From: Promethearchaeota archaeon
Lineage (GTDB): Archaea; Asgardarchaeota; Lokiarchaeia; Sigyniarchaeales; SOKP01
Length of the DNA: 64,000 bases
Direction: 5' to 3'
Assembly (NCBI GenBank): GCA_019058295.1
Contig: JAHPZI010000010.1
Coordinates: 1-64,000, forward strand
The first letter of the stretch is position 1. The number at the start of each line of letters is the position of its first letter. Both the position numbers and the translations under genes were made by a program. Positions 47,196 to 57,523 of this stretch are shown here, piece by piece. The notes under the pieces are model-generated. The model saw only the letters and a program-made list of their open reading frames with translations, made no database searches and had not been told where the DNA came from.

Positions 47196-48104
47196 TTATT
47201 TTTTTAGCAACTTAAGCAACAATGCTTTTTGTAAGTGGAGTCTATTTTCTGCTTGTTGAAATACGATTGAATTATTTGAATCTAACACATCGTCCGTGAT
47301 CTCAATTCCTCTATGTGCAGGCAAACAATGCATTATTACTGGGTTTTTAATAGCGTAGTTTAGTAATTCTTTATTTATTTGGAATTTTGGCAAAAATATT
47401 TTTAATCTTTTCTCAGTCTCTTCTTCTTGGCCCATAGATACGAATGTATCAGTATATACAACGTCAGCTTCCTTTATAGCTTCTTTTGGATCATTATAAA
47501 TATGGAAAAATTGAGTTTTTTTTTCTTTTTCTAACCAATCCATCACCTCTTGATGAGGTCTATATTTTTCCGGAGTTGCGACTAAAATAGGGATATTTAA
47601 CTTTACACATCCGATCATTAAGGAGTTGCACACATTGTTACCGTCCCCCACCCATGTTACTTTAATATTCTCAAAACTGCCAAATTTTTCACGAATTGTC
47701 ATCAAATCTGATAAAATTTGACATGGATGGTATATATCAGATAAACCATTAACGACTGGAACACTTGAAGCATCTCTCATAACTTCAAGGCTCTTATGTT
47801 CGTTAACCCGAGCCATAATTAAATCTACATAACAACTAATACTTTTTATCTCATCTTTTAATGCCCCTAAATGGAGATTTGTTGTTCGCCAGTCTATATA
47901 AAGAGCGTTTCCTCCCAGTTGATACATGCCACTTTCAAAAGAGATTCTTGTTCGTGTGGATGTTTTCTGGAACAATAAAGCTATGCTTTTTCCATTTAGC
48001 TTGGAAGAATATTTATTTGGACTTTTTTTCACATCGTCAGCTAAATCTAATAAATCTAATATTTCTTTATCGGTTAAGTCTTTAATTGTTAATAAGTCGG
48101 GCAT
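47196..48104 (-). CDS. argF: Ornithine carbamoyltransferase
   Basis: STRT, HPCQ, GDGNN, SMG, HCLP, QAENR; start moved to MPDLLTI because the track start overlaps the next gene. Confidence 0.95.
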   Translation of the reverse strand: MPDLLTIKDLTDKEILDLLDLADDVKKSPNKYSSKLNGKSIALLFQKTSTRTRISFESGMYQLGGNALYIDWRTTNLHLGALKDEIKSISCYVDLIMARVNEHKSLEVMRDASSVPVVNGLSDIYHPCQILSDLMTIREKFGSFENIKVTWVGDGNNVCNSLMIGCVKLNIPILVATPEKYRPHQEVMDWLEKEKKTQFFHIYNDPKEAIKEADVVYTDTFVSMGQEEETEKRLKIFLPKFQINKELLNYAIKNPVIMHCLPAHRGIEITDDVLDSNNSIVFQQAENRLHLQKALLLKLLKK

Positions 48105-48123
48105 AGAATTGGTGAATTTTTTT

Positions 48124-48318
48124 TTAAAACTCTTCTCTTTTTTTCCAATTATTAACCACAAACAGCATAATCAGCAAACTGATGATATATATAATTAGAA
48201 ATAAACTCCATAAAATCATTAATTCATTTTTTTTTTCTATAAAAGCTCTAATAATTCTATAAATAAAATATATACTTAAGAGCCACAATAATTGCATTCT
48301 TAGGGTTAATTTGTCCAT
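48124..48318 (-). CDS. Small two-TM membrane protein
   Basis: Two hydrophobic helices. Confidence 0.5.
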   Translation of the reverse strand: MDKLTLRMQLLWLLSIYFIYRIIRAFIEKKNELMILWSLFLIIYIISLLIMLFVVNNWKKREEF

Positions 48319-48782
48319 AGTATTCTAAAAATTTTTTTTAAACAGGTATTGTTTAAAGGTATAAAGTAAGTTTTTTTAAATTATTTTCGTTAAGAAATAT
48401 TTAAAAATTAATTAAAGAGGATAATTAAAACTAAGCATTTAAAGCAATTTCTTGTAAAAGAATACGTTTAATAATTATTTTTTCACTTCTTTTGATTTGA
48501 TCTTGAGATGCGACTATTTCATTGATAAAAAGGTCATCTCTAAAAGAATGGCTTTTAACTTTTACTAACATCATTATTAACAAATTTATAAAACGTTTTC
48601 CTTGATTATAATTCAGATCTTTTCAATTATAAATTTTAGGGTTATAAATTATATAACTCTTTTTTTTTTTCAAAAAAAGGATTTTTGTAGAAAATTCTGA
48701 AGATTTTTTTTAAATTATTCTAATATATTATTTAAAATTAAAAGTATATAAGAAGATTAGATAATAATATTAAATTGAGAAG

Positions 48783-48992
48783 ATGTCAAAAGAAGATTCA
48801 TTACCTCCAAATTGTTTCGTCTGTAATAAGAATTTTGAAGCATCTCTAGATGAATTACATTATTGCATATGCGATATTGCTATTTGCTCTCGATGTATAA
48901 ATTCAGTCAAGAAAAGCGAAAATTCGTGGGTGTGCCCCAAATGCTCTAATGAAAATGATGTAGAAAAAAGTATGTTATTCCGAAAGAGCTAG
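48783..48992 (+). CDS. Stand-alone C4C4 RING-type zinc finger protein
   Basis: C-x2-C-x13-C-x-C-x4-C-x2-C-x12-C-x2-C. Confidence 0.8.
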   Translation: MSKEDSLPPNCFVCNKNFEASLDELHYCICDIAICSRCINSVKKSENSWVCPKCSNENDVEKSMLFRKS

Positions 48993-49046
48993 CCCCTAAA
49001 TTTTCTACTCTCCTCATTTTTAATAGGAAAATAAAATTATCATTCT

Positions 49047-49104
49047 ACCAATGATGAAAATAAGAAATATGATTCCAAATGAAATAATCGTGGAAGGCTG
49101 AGGT
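49047..49104 (+). ncRNA. Candidate box C/D sRNA
   Basis: Box C ATGATGA (49051-57), D' ATGA (49069-72), degenerate C' (~49079), box D CTGA (49098-101), terminal ACC/GGT stem in k-turn register. Confidence 0.45.
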
Positions 49105-49108
49105 TTAT

Positions 49109-49597
49109 ATGACAAAAGTCATTTCAAAAGTTTTAGAAATAGAGAATTGTAATAAAGATATTGTTTTAAAGGCTATTTACAATCCAAAGTTTTGGGAAGA
49201 AATTAGCCCCGTTGATAAGATTGAAGCAAGCTTCCCTTCTCCAAATGTTTTGCATACTGATATTGTTGATATGATAAAAGTTGTTAATATTGCTATAGAA
49301 ATGGAAGGAGAACTGGTTTTAGTCGATAAGGGAGAAGAACAAGGAAAAGGGCACTTAATAGAATTTAATGTTCGAAACAACAAAGATGTAACGGATTTAG
49401 AGGGTAATATAAGGGTAAAGGCACTTTCACCTAGTAAATCTAAGATCGGAATATTTATCCATGACTTTAAATTAAGTAGTAATTTTCTTAGTCTTTTTGG
49501 GAGCGCTACTGAATTAATTTTAAGAACAAAGATAACTGGTATTTTAAGGAATATTGAAAAATATTGTAAAACAAAAGATTTGAAGAATTTTTTATAA
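49109..49597 (+). CDS. SRPBCC/CoxG-like ligand-binding protein
   Basis: Helix-grip topology (VLKAIYNPKFWEEISP, beta meander, long C-terminal helix). Confidence 0.6.
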   Translation: MTKVISKVLEIENCNKDIVLKAIYNPKFWEEISPVDKIEASFPSPNVLHTDIVDMIKVVNIAIEMEGELVLVDKGEEQGKGHLIEFNVRNNKDVTDLEGNIRVKALSPSKSKIGIFIHDFKLSSNFLSLFGSATELILRTKITGILRNIEKYCKTKDLKNFL

Positions 49598-49717
49598 CCA
49601 TTATCCAAAAGGATTTCAAGATAGTTATTTGGAAATCAATAATTGAATTTCCAAGAACTATTATGGAACTAAGGGGTTTAAAAAAATTAATATTATTAAA
49701 ATGTCTTAATATAATTA

Positions 49718-50563
49718 ATGAACATCTGGATAATTGATATTAACAGCGGTACTACACTTCTTTATAAAGCTTTTATAAATTTACATATTGACGAAGATCT
49801 TGTCGCTGGATTATTAACAGCGTTGAATTCTCTTGCAGCATTTGAATTCAAGCAAGGTATCGAAGCAATCCTTATGTCTGGATATATTTGGGTTTATGTT
49901 GAAGATAGAGAAGTTGATTTACTATTTATTGCTGCAGCAAATAAAGATGAAAAAGCGGAAATGCTTAGAGCTCGATTGAACATTATAAAACAAGCTTTTA
50001 TTCAAGAATATGTAAAAGATAAAGATCAATGGGAGAAAACTTGGACTGGAAACATTACTATATTTAAACCGTTTAAAGATACAATCAACGAATATTATCA
50101 AAACTGGCTTGCGGCTGAAAGCGTTACGACAATTGCAGAATTTTATGATATTTTAGGAATTTTTCAGCAATTACTTTTTGATCTATTAGGAATAGTGCAA
50201 AATCGACTAAATGTACTTTCAAAAGAAAATATTTTCGCAAAAATTGAAATTATGTTCGAAAATTATTTTGCTAATGAGTATGTAAAAAATAATACTGAAT
50301 TAAGCAAAATTTCTTTTTCCAGAGAAGCAGGGATTAATATAATTACTATCAATCCCAATAACTGTGATATGCTTGTTTTGGAAAAACAGATTATAAATTT
50401 AATGAGAAGAATTGTAAAAACAATTAGAGAAGAGGTAGGTTTTCAAGAAAGTCTAAATTATTTTGTCCAAGAAGGCCTGTTTGATTATATTTTAAATAAC
50501 ATATCACTATTAAATCAGCTTAATTTAGACACATTCTTATTAAAACTGTTTCTGCAAGAGTAA
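49718..50563 (+). CDS. Longin-like domain protein
   Basis: NIWIID.NSGTTLLYK...LVAGLLTAL..L....GIEAI.M...LLFIAA...L..IKQAF. Confidence 0.7.
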   Translation: MNIWIIDINSGTTLLYKAFINLHIDEDLVAGLLTALNSLAAFEFKQGIEAILMSGYIWVYVEDREVDLLFIAAANKDEKAEMLRARLNIIKQAFIQEYVKDKDQWEKTWTGNITIFKPFKDTINEYYQNWLAAESVTTIAEFYDILGIFQQLLFDLLGIVQNRLNVLSKENIFAKIEIMFENYFANEYVKNNTELSKISFSREAGINIITINPNNCDMLVLEKQIINLMRRIVKTIREEVGFQESLNYFVQEGLFDYILNNISLLNQLNLDTFLLKLFLQE

Positions 50564-50569
50564 TTAAAT

Positions 50570-51865
50570 ATGAACCCCGCCCTTCTTTTATTTGTTTTCA
50601 TAATTTTTGTTTTAATGATTGTAAGCTATTCCTTAAAAGATCTTGATTTTGTTGCAATCTCGCTTATTCTTATGTTTATCTGTGGGGCTGTTACAGGAAT
50701 TATAAGAGGTATTGGAATAGAAGGCTTTATTATGTTTGTTGAATGGGAGGCTATAATCATCATATTAAGCATGAGTATAATAACCAAAATCGCGCAAGAT
50801 TCTAACATTTTAGAATATGTTGCGGTTAAGCTCTTCAAAATTTCGAAAGGCAATCAAAGGACTTTTTTCTGGCTTCTATGTATCATTACAACCCTTCTGG
50901 CGTCTATCATTAGCGATGTTGTAGTTGTTCTAATTTTAGCTCCTATTGTGATTCGACTTTGTAATTTCTTGAAAATAAGAGCAGGGACTTATTTAATGGG
51001 TATGACGATATGTATAAACATTGGATCGATAATTACACCTTTCTCGTCTGGAGAAAATATTATTATTTCTACAGCATTTGGATTAAATACACTTTATTTT
51101 ATACAGTTTTATTGGATTTTTTCTTTTGGTTTATTATTTCTAACAATCTTTCTCATAGATAGATTTATCTTAAGTAAGGAACCAAAAATTGAAGACATGC
51201 AAAAAAAATTTGTGTTAGAATTAATTAACACAGATGTTATGATTAAAAATAAGAGAATGTTTTACATTAATTCAATAATAATAATAATTACTATTGTTTT
51301 ATTTGCTGTGCTGCCTTTACTTTATTTAACCGCAGCTATTTCTGCTTTAGTACTTGTTCTTATAAATAAGAAATTCACTAAAAAAGAAATGAGTGGGCTT
51401 CTAAAAGATATTGAGTGGCCGATTATTTTCTTTTTTATTGCGTTATATGTTGTTATTGGCTGTTTAATTGAAGCGGGGTTTAGAGATTTAATCATGATGT
51501 TTAAATTTAAAGAGTATAATGTTTTTTTGGTTTGTTTGGTCATCCTTATAGTGGTTAGTTTGTTATCTGGACTCGTGGCAAACACCCCAACTGCATTAAT
51601 TTTCATACCAATTATAGATACATTAATCCTATTGGGATTTCCACCCATTCCGCTTTTGTTTGCATTAATTATTGGAGTGAATCTCGGCGGTAATTTTTTA
51701 CCTCAAGGAGCGGCTTGTGATATGATGACGTTAAAGATCGCCCAAGATTCAGGAGTAGAAAACTTTAGCTTTAAACGCTTGTTAAAAACAGGAGCCGTTT
51801 TTGCATTCATCCATCTTGCAGTCGCAATTTTATATTTATTTATTCTAGTTCTTATATTTGGATAA
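50570..51865 (+). CDS. ArsB/NhaD/SLC13-like anion permease
   Basis: About 11 TM, NIGSIITPFSSGEN, SGLVANTP, NLGGN. Confidence 0.88.
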   Translation: MNPALLLFVFIIFVLMIVSYSLKDLDFVAISLILMFICGAVTGIIRGIGIEGFIMFVEWEAIIIILSMSIITKIAQDSNILEYVAVKLFKISKGNQRTFFWLLCIITTLLASIISDVVVVLILAPIVIRLCNFLKIRAGTYLMGMTICINIGSIITPFSSGENIIISTAFGLNTLYFIQFYWIFSFGLLFLTIFLIDRFILSKEPKIEDMQKKFVLELINTDVMIKNKRMFYINSIIIIITIVLFAVLPLLYLTAAISALVLVLINKKFTKKEMSGLLKDIEWPIIFFFIALYVVIGCLIEAGFRDLIMMFKFKEYNVFLVCLVILIVVSLLSGLVANTPTALIFIPIIDTLILLGFPPIPLLFALIIGVNLGGNFLPQGAACDMMTLKIAQDSGVENFSFKRLLKTGAVFAFIHLAVAILYLFILVLIFG

Positions 51866-51919
51866 ATAATAGAAGGATAAAAAAAAATTTTTAAAATTTT
51901 AAAATCTCATTTCTCACAG

Positions 51920-52249
51920 TTATAATTGCTTATAAATGTAAATCCGCAATACAATGATAATTGGATCCAATATAACTAAAAATAATAAAAACGCATTAAA
52001 GCTAAGTATTAGCAAAATAGTACCTATAATCGCTCCGATAAGGGGAAATATGATACTTAAAATTCCAATAATTTTATTCTCGCTTTTCAATTGAACTAAA
52101 ATTCCTAAACATGCATAAATAATACCGAAAAGGAGCATCCCCATACCTTCAAAAGTCATCCCATAAATTAATGGCGCAATTAAATGTAAAATCCCAGTTA
52201 ATACTAACAAAATTACAGATATTAAATTTATTTTTTCCTGAGTTTCCAT
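51920..52249 (-). CDS. Four-TM membrane protein
   Basis: Four hydrophobic helices, LTGILHL; ATG at 52249 preferred. Confidence 0.65.
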   Translation of the reverse strand: METQEKINLISVILLVLTGILHLIAPLIYGMTFEGMGMLLFGIIYACLGILVQLKSENKIIGILSIIFPLIGAIIGTILLILSFNAFLLFLVILDPIIIVLRIYIYKQL

Positions 52250-52417
52250 TTTTACATCATTTTTTATTTGATTATACAAAATAGATTTCTAAGAAAATAG
52301 GTTTTTTTGAAAATTTAATTTTTATTGTATTCTATTAATTTAATAAAAATAAGAAATTTCTTTTTTTTTAAAATTTTATTCAAATATAATAATTAAATTT
52401 TTACTCAAGGTGATTAT

Positions 52418-53218
52418 ATGACTCACATATCAGAGTTATTTAAATTAGATGGAAAAGTTGCTCTTGTTACCGGTGGCGGGAGAGGATTGGGATATTTTTC
52501 CGCGGAAGGGATGGCCGAAGCAGGGGCGGATGTGGCTATTTGTGGAAGAGATATCACCGGGAAGTTAGATAATGCTGTTGATAAATTAAAAAAAACTGGA
52601 CGAGATTGTATATCAATTAAGTGTGATGTAACAAAAGAGGATGAAGTAAAGCAGATGGCAAAAAAAATGAAAGATTACTATGGTAAATGCGACATTCTTG
52701 TAAATAATGCCGGAAAAGGCGAAATAGCACCGTCTAAAAATTATAGTTTAAAACGTTGGAATAATATGATTAATACAAATATAACAGGGACCTTCTTATG
52801 TTGTCGAGAGATAGGAAAAATGATGATAAAACAGAAAAACGGAAATATTATCAACTTTTCTAGTGAAAATGGACAAGTAGGATTTTCACTTGGTATGACG
52901 GCCTATGCTACAACCAAAATAGGTATTGTTGGTCTAACGAGATCATTAGCAGTTGAATGGGGGAAGTATAACATTAGAGTTAATGCCATCCTCCCAGGTA
53001 ACATGGAAGAAGGTATGATGGAGTACCTTCAAGATAAAGAGAGTTCAATGTATAAAACGGTTGGAGTTCCTTTTCTAGATTTAACTCCAATACGAAGATT
53101 TGGTAAAGGAGATGATATTAAAGGAACGATTGTTTTTCTAGCATCAAAGGCAAGTAGTTATATTTCAGGGGCAAAAATCGTAGTTGATGGGGGGTTCACT
53201 ATTAATGCTGGGATTTAG
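52418..53218 (+). CDS. Short-chain dehydrogenase/reductase
   Basis: TGGGRGLG, NNAG, YATTK, VNAILPG, VDGG. Confidence 0.95.
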   Translation: MTHISELFKLDGKVALVTGGGRGLGYFSAEGMAEAGADVAICGRDITGKLDNAVDKLKKTGRDCISIKCDVTKEDEVKQMAKKMKDYYGKCDILVNNAGKGEIAPSKNYSLKRWNNMINTNITGTFLCCREIGKMMIKQKNGNIINFSSENGQVGFSLGMTAYATTKIGIVGLTRSLAVEWGKYNIRVNAILPGNMEEGMMEYLQDKESSMYKTVGVPFLDLTPIRRFGKGDDIKGTIVFLASKASSYISGAKIVVDGGFTINAGI

Positions 53219-53359
53219 ATTCTATAATATCATTTTTCATTAATTGGTATCCGAAAATATTCTTTACGCAATACTCCTTTTTATTTTCATTATTATCCTA
53301 TTAATTATTAGTGTTTTTTTAAATATCTTTTTTTTTCGAAGAAATCTTTTTATACAATT

Positions 53360-54757
53360 ATGTCCCTTTTAATTAATATGAGAAATCCTAACAAAAATTA
53401 TGATTTAATAGTTGTTGGAGCAGGTGCAGCGGGTTGTTTATTCAGCCGTAATTTAGCCCGAGCGGATTATTCGGTATGTTTGGTTGAGAAAAGCGATCGC
53501 AATGCATTAAGTCATGACTGGTGGGATGTTGTTGCGACTTATATTTTTGATAAGGTTGATATAAATCATCCTGAATCTGACGAATTATTTAAAGTAGGGA
53601 ACTTTATTTTCTGCTCACCTTTGGATTCGATACAGGTTAAGATTCCTCCATTTGAAGAAACTTACAACATAGACCGCCGTAAATTTACCACTCGTGTATT
53701 GAATGAGGCGATAGAAAATGGAGTTAATTTTTATGATAATGTAAATGTAATTGGACCAATTGTTAATGAGGAAACACATACAATAATCGGTGTAAAACTT
53801 GATAATTCAAAAACTATTAAAGCAAAGTTGATAGTGGATTGTTCTGGATATGAGGGCGTCATTCGTTCTAATATTCCTTTTGAGACGGATTTTGATAAAA
53901 ATATCCGAAGGGAAGATACTTCTATAATATACAGAGAAATTAGGAAGAAATTACCATCAGTATCAGATTCACATGAAATTGTTTTCGTTGGTAAAAATCA
54001 GGGAATTTCCTGGGTTTCATTTCACCAAGACAATTATGTAGATTTCCTTGGAGGACATACCGATTTATCATCAATAAAAATTTCTCCAAAAGAAATGGTT
54101 TACGAGTTGATTGAAAAATACAAGAATAAGTGTGGAACTGAAATTGTTATGGGAGGGTATGAAGCCCCTATCCCCTTGCGTAGAGCTCTTGATTCTTTTG
54201 TTGATAATGGTCTTCTAATTATAGGGGATGCTGCTTGTCAAGTTGATCCCAGTACTGGATCAGGTATTGCTAGTTCATTATATGCTGCCAATATTGCTTC
54301 GAATGTTGCACTTAATGCGCTTGAAATTGATTCTACTAAAAAAGAAGATCTATGGTCTTACAATGTTGAATATCACCGCTCAGAACTTAACCAAGAATAC
54401 TCTTCTAGTGATATTGCAATAAAAAATTTTTTTAATCTATCAGAAGAGGAAGTAGAATATATGTTTGCAAATGATATTATGGATTTACGTGGAGTTTGGG
54501 GGTCGGGTGATAGAGCTAAAATTATAAAGAAAGAAAAATATAGACCGAAAATTTCAGTAAGATCTAAGATTTTAGCTCATTTAGCTAGATTTGCAGAAAC
54601 TGACAGTAAAATAGAAGAAATGAAAGAATTTTGTAGGGAATACCCTGAGGAATACAATCCTGAAACTTTTAATGCATGGCGCGAGAAGATGAATAATTGC
54701 TACATAGTAAGGTACGATTCAGAGGAACCACCTGAATCTGAATTAATAATATCCTAA
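53360..54757 (+). CDS. FAD-dependent oxidoreductase, geranylgeranyl reductase family
   Basis: VGAGAAG, VDCSG, IGDAACQVDPSTGSGI. Confidence 0.85.
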   Translation: MSLLINMRNPNKNYDLIVVGAGAAGCLFSRNLARADYSVCLVEKSDRNALSHDWWDVVATYIFDKVDINHPESDELFKVGNFIFCSPLDSIQVKIPPFEETYNIDRRKFTTRVLNEAIENGVNFYDNVNVIGPIVNEETHTIIGVKLDNSKTIKAKLIVDCSGYEGVIRSNIPFETDFDKNIRREDTSIIYREIRKKLPSVSDSHEIVFVGKNQGISWVSFHQDNYVDFLGGHTDLSSIKISPKEMVYELIEKYKNKCGTEIVMGGYEAPIPLRRALDSFVDNGLLIIGDAACQVDPSTGSGIASSLYAANIASNVALNALEIDSTKKEDLWSYNVEYHRSELNQEYSSSDIAIKNFFNLSEEEVEYMFANDIMDLRGVWGSGDRAKIIKKEKYRPKISVRSKILAHLARFAETDSKIEEMKEFCREYPEEYNPETFNAWREKMNNCYIVRYDSEEPPESELIIS

Positions 54758-54988
54758 GTTTTTTCCCGATCTTTCTCTGTGGTTGATCCCATTTTTGTGG
54801 GAATGTCCTTTTTATATTTAAAGGTTGCGAAGATTAATAAATGTGAATTTTCTTAGAAATATTAACAATTTGTATTCAGTCCATAAGAAAGAAATCTAAT
54901 AGATTTTGAATTTATTTAATTCAATAATTAATTCAAATTTTAGAATCCCTTTCTACTAATAAAAAAAAAAAGAAGTGAAATATAAAAA

Positions 54989-56023
54989 ATGACAAATATA
55001 GAGACTATTAAGAAATTCGCTACAAAAGTCTTAGCAAGTGAAAGTATAGAAATTGGAGTTCCTTTAGTACTAGAAGAAATCACCTTCATTCCTATAATCA
55101 AGCATGAAATTCCACGAGATGAACGAGATTATCTTTCGTTATCCGAAGCGCTTGAGGAAGGTGCTTGTAAAATAACTGATAAAGGAACTGAAGTAGCACA
55201 TATTCTCTTTGAAAATATTAGTGAGTTTCCGATTTTAATCGAAGAAGGAGAGATTTTTAAAGGTCAAGGAACTCAAGATCGAATGTGTGTTGGAACCATA
55301 AAAGTGGAACCAATGAAAACAGTAGAAATCCCTGTGAAATGTGTACATGCTCCTCATCACTTATCATCGGGAGCTGATTTTAGATATGGTGGAAAAGCAG
55401 GACGAGGTATGTTAAAGGAACTTCGGTCATTAAAGTTTTCACATGCTGTAAATAAAGCTCCTGCTTCAACAATAGACCAAATGCGTGTATGGGATCAAGT
55501 TCATTATGAAAATGCTATGGCAGATGTTGCTGACAATACAAAATATACCGAAAATGTTGAAAAGCGCCGGGAAAGAGCAGAAAAAATAGGTAAAAAATTG
55601 AAATTCCCAACAAATACAGTCGGAGTTGTAGTAGTTAATCCAGAAGGTGATGTAAAAGGATTAGAAATCCATCGAACTCCACATAATTTCAAAGTTCGAA
55701 AAGATGGAATACTTGAATCCATAGAAGCAAACATCTCATGGGAAAAAAAAGGCAAGGGACCTTATAAAAAACCAAAGGAAAAAGTCCGGGGTATATTTGA
55801 AAAACTTACAAAACTTAAGGAAAACAAAGATGCTCAGAACCAAGTAGAAATTGACGGAACTGTAATCAATATGGATGAGATCACAGGTGAAGCTTATACA
55901 ACAACATTTTATTCTAATTTTTGTCCCAAATGTAATGAAACTAAACCCCGTCAAAAAGTATGCCCAAATTGTGGTGCAATAGAAGAAGAAAATGATGATC
56001 TTGCGTATATGAGTTTGATGTAA
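54989..56023 (+). CDS. ARPP-1 (DUF6569)-like domain protein with C-terminal double zinc ribbon
   Basis: YLSLSEAL, LIEEGE...G..QDR, IPVKCV, Q.RVWD.V; CPKC...CPNCG. Confidence 0.7.
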   Translation: MTNIETIKKFATKVLASESIEIGVPLVLEEITFIPIIKHEIPRDERDYLSLSEALEEGACKITDKGTEVAHILFENISEFPILIEEGEIFKGQGTQDRMCVGTIKVEPMKTVEIPVKCVHAPHHLSSGADFRYGGKAGRGMLKELRSLKFSHAVNKAPASTIDQMRVWDQVHYENAMADVADNTKYTENVEKRRERAEKIGKKLKFPTNTVGVVVVNPEGDVKGLEIHRTPHNFKVRKDGILESIEANISWEKKGKGPYKKPKEKVRGIFEKLTKLKENKDAQNQVEIDGTVINMDEITGEAYTTTFYSNFCPKCNETKPRQKVCPNCGAIEEENDDLAYMSLM

Positions 56024-56104
56024 TTAATTATGGCACTTTATAGTGAAGTAAAAATTTTTCTTTTTTTTAATAAGTTTAAATAAAAAAAAAATTAAAAAAT
56101 TTGT

Positions 56105-56296
56105 TTATTCTTTTTGTTTTCTAACTATGTAGGGGTAAGTATCAATGAGTTCAAAAGTATCGGGATAATCTAACTTCCATCCACGGTTGTTAAGAATTTT
56201 CTTCTTAATTCTTTGTCTGTGTAATACCTTTCTACTAATTCTATCTCGAGGGTATTTACCCTTTTTTTTTCTTTGTTTTCTACTTACAAGAGACAT
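56105..56296 (-). CDS. Small basic hypothetical protein
   Basis: 63 aa, Arg/Lys-rich; GAGGTG upstream. Confidence 0.5.
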   Translation of the reverse strand: MSLVSRKQRKKKGKYPRDRISRKVLHRQRIKKKILNNRGWKLDYPDTFELIDTYPYIVRKQKE

Positions 56297-56338
56297 GCTA
56301 TTCCAGCATTGGAATTAGCCACCTCAATTTTTATTTTT

Positions 56339-57118
56339 TTAATCTACCCATTTAACTCCGTTGAAAATTTGATTACCAGAAATGGCTGAACTTCTTGCTT
56401 CATTATTCCTTACTACTCTGAACCATCCATGTAATTTTAAAGTCTTATGTTCAATGTGAGAAATTTTTTCAGTAGCAAATTGATCTCCTCTTATATTAAT
56501 TAATAGATCAGCAATATGGGAGTTTTTTCCTCTCCAAGAGTTGATTCCTAATTGCATTTTCTTTTCAATTAAATTTGAATTATCTTCAATAATCATAATT
56601 TCTGCAGGTGTGGCTGGGATAAAAAACCATTCCCCTTGTCTTTTTATCCTATTGGTATCTTTTTCATTTTCTAAGACTGCATCAGGTTTCAACACCTTAT
56701 GAGCATCTTTAATTTTATTAACGACTCCTAAGTTTTTTGGTAATTCTGCGATAAATAAATGCGATTCATCCATTCCCATTAAGTATTTTCTAAGAAAACC
56801 AGAGTTTTTCCGAGTAACATATTTCCAATCATGCTTTTTTCCATCCCAAATTCTAGCTCTATATTCCCTTTCAGGTTCATTAACAAGTAAAATGACTTGC
56901 TGATTCTTAGAATCTGTGTCAATAACTCTGATATCATTTTCTGGGTGTCCATAGTAAATTCTAAAATATTCTCTTTTTCTTCCGTTTTTACCCCGAGTGT
57001 CAATTGTCATTTGAAAAATATCGTTATTATTAACAGACAAAGTCATAGAACTTAGGGGTTCCTTTTCAATTTTTGCAGGCACTCTTGCCCTGTCAAACCA
57101 TTTCTTTAAATCTTGCAT
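56339..57118 (-). CDS. Hypothetical protein with RQGEWFF / H...HxEH motifs
   Basis: YLMGMDESHLFIA, RQGEWFFIP, NSHIA, SHIEHKTL.L.GW. Confidence 0.75.
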   Translation of the reverse strand: MQDLKKWFDRARVPAKIEKEPLSSMTLSVNNNDIFQMTIDTRGKNGRKREYFRIYYGHPENDIRVIDTDSKNQQVILLVNEPEREYRARIWDGKKHDWKYVTRKNSGFLRKYLMGMDESHLFIAELPKNLGVVNKIKDAHKVLKPDAVLENEKDTNRIKRQGEWFFIPATPAEIMIIEDNSNLIEKKMQLGINSWRGKNSHIADLLINIRGDQFATEKISHIEHKTLKLHGWFRVVRNNEARSSAISGNQIFNGVKWVD

Positions 57119-57523
57119 TAATAAAGAAAAGCCATTCTAACTATTTAAATATTTCTAGCCTTACTCTAATTTGCTTAATCCCAAATCTGACTAATATTAT
57201 TTATAATTACCTTACATAAATATACTTAGCAAGCTTTCACCATATGGAATTAAGTAAAATATATAGCAGGTAAAAAACCGTATGATATCCTCAAACGGAT
57301 TACTGATTGAAGCTTAATTTTTTCCTTAGTAGCCTTCATGGGCTACAGATGCGTTACCTTTTCCGACATCTATAGTTCGCTTCTTTCATGATAATAGGTG
57401 AGAAAAAAAACGATTTTGTTATATTTAAGAATAATAATATCCTATTTAAATGATTTGGAAGAACTGGGTAAATCTTCCCACTAATATGGGAACAATCATA
57501 TTGAAAATATAATTAGTTTGGAA

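Noticed and set aside
48320-48780. Long AT-rich gap as a replication origin
   Set aside because: No ORB-like repeats seen and no orc1/cdc6 nearby; consistent with divergent promoters
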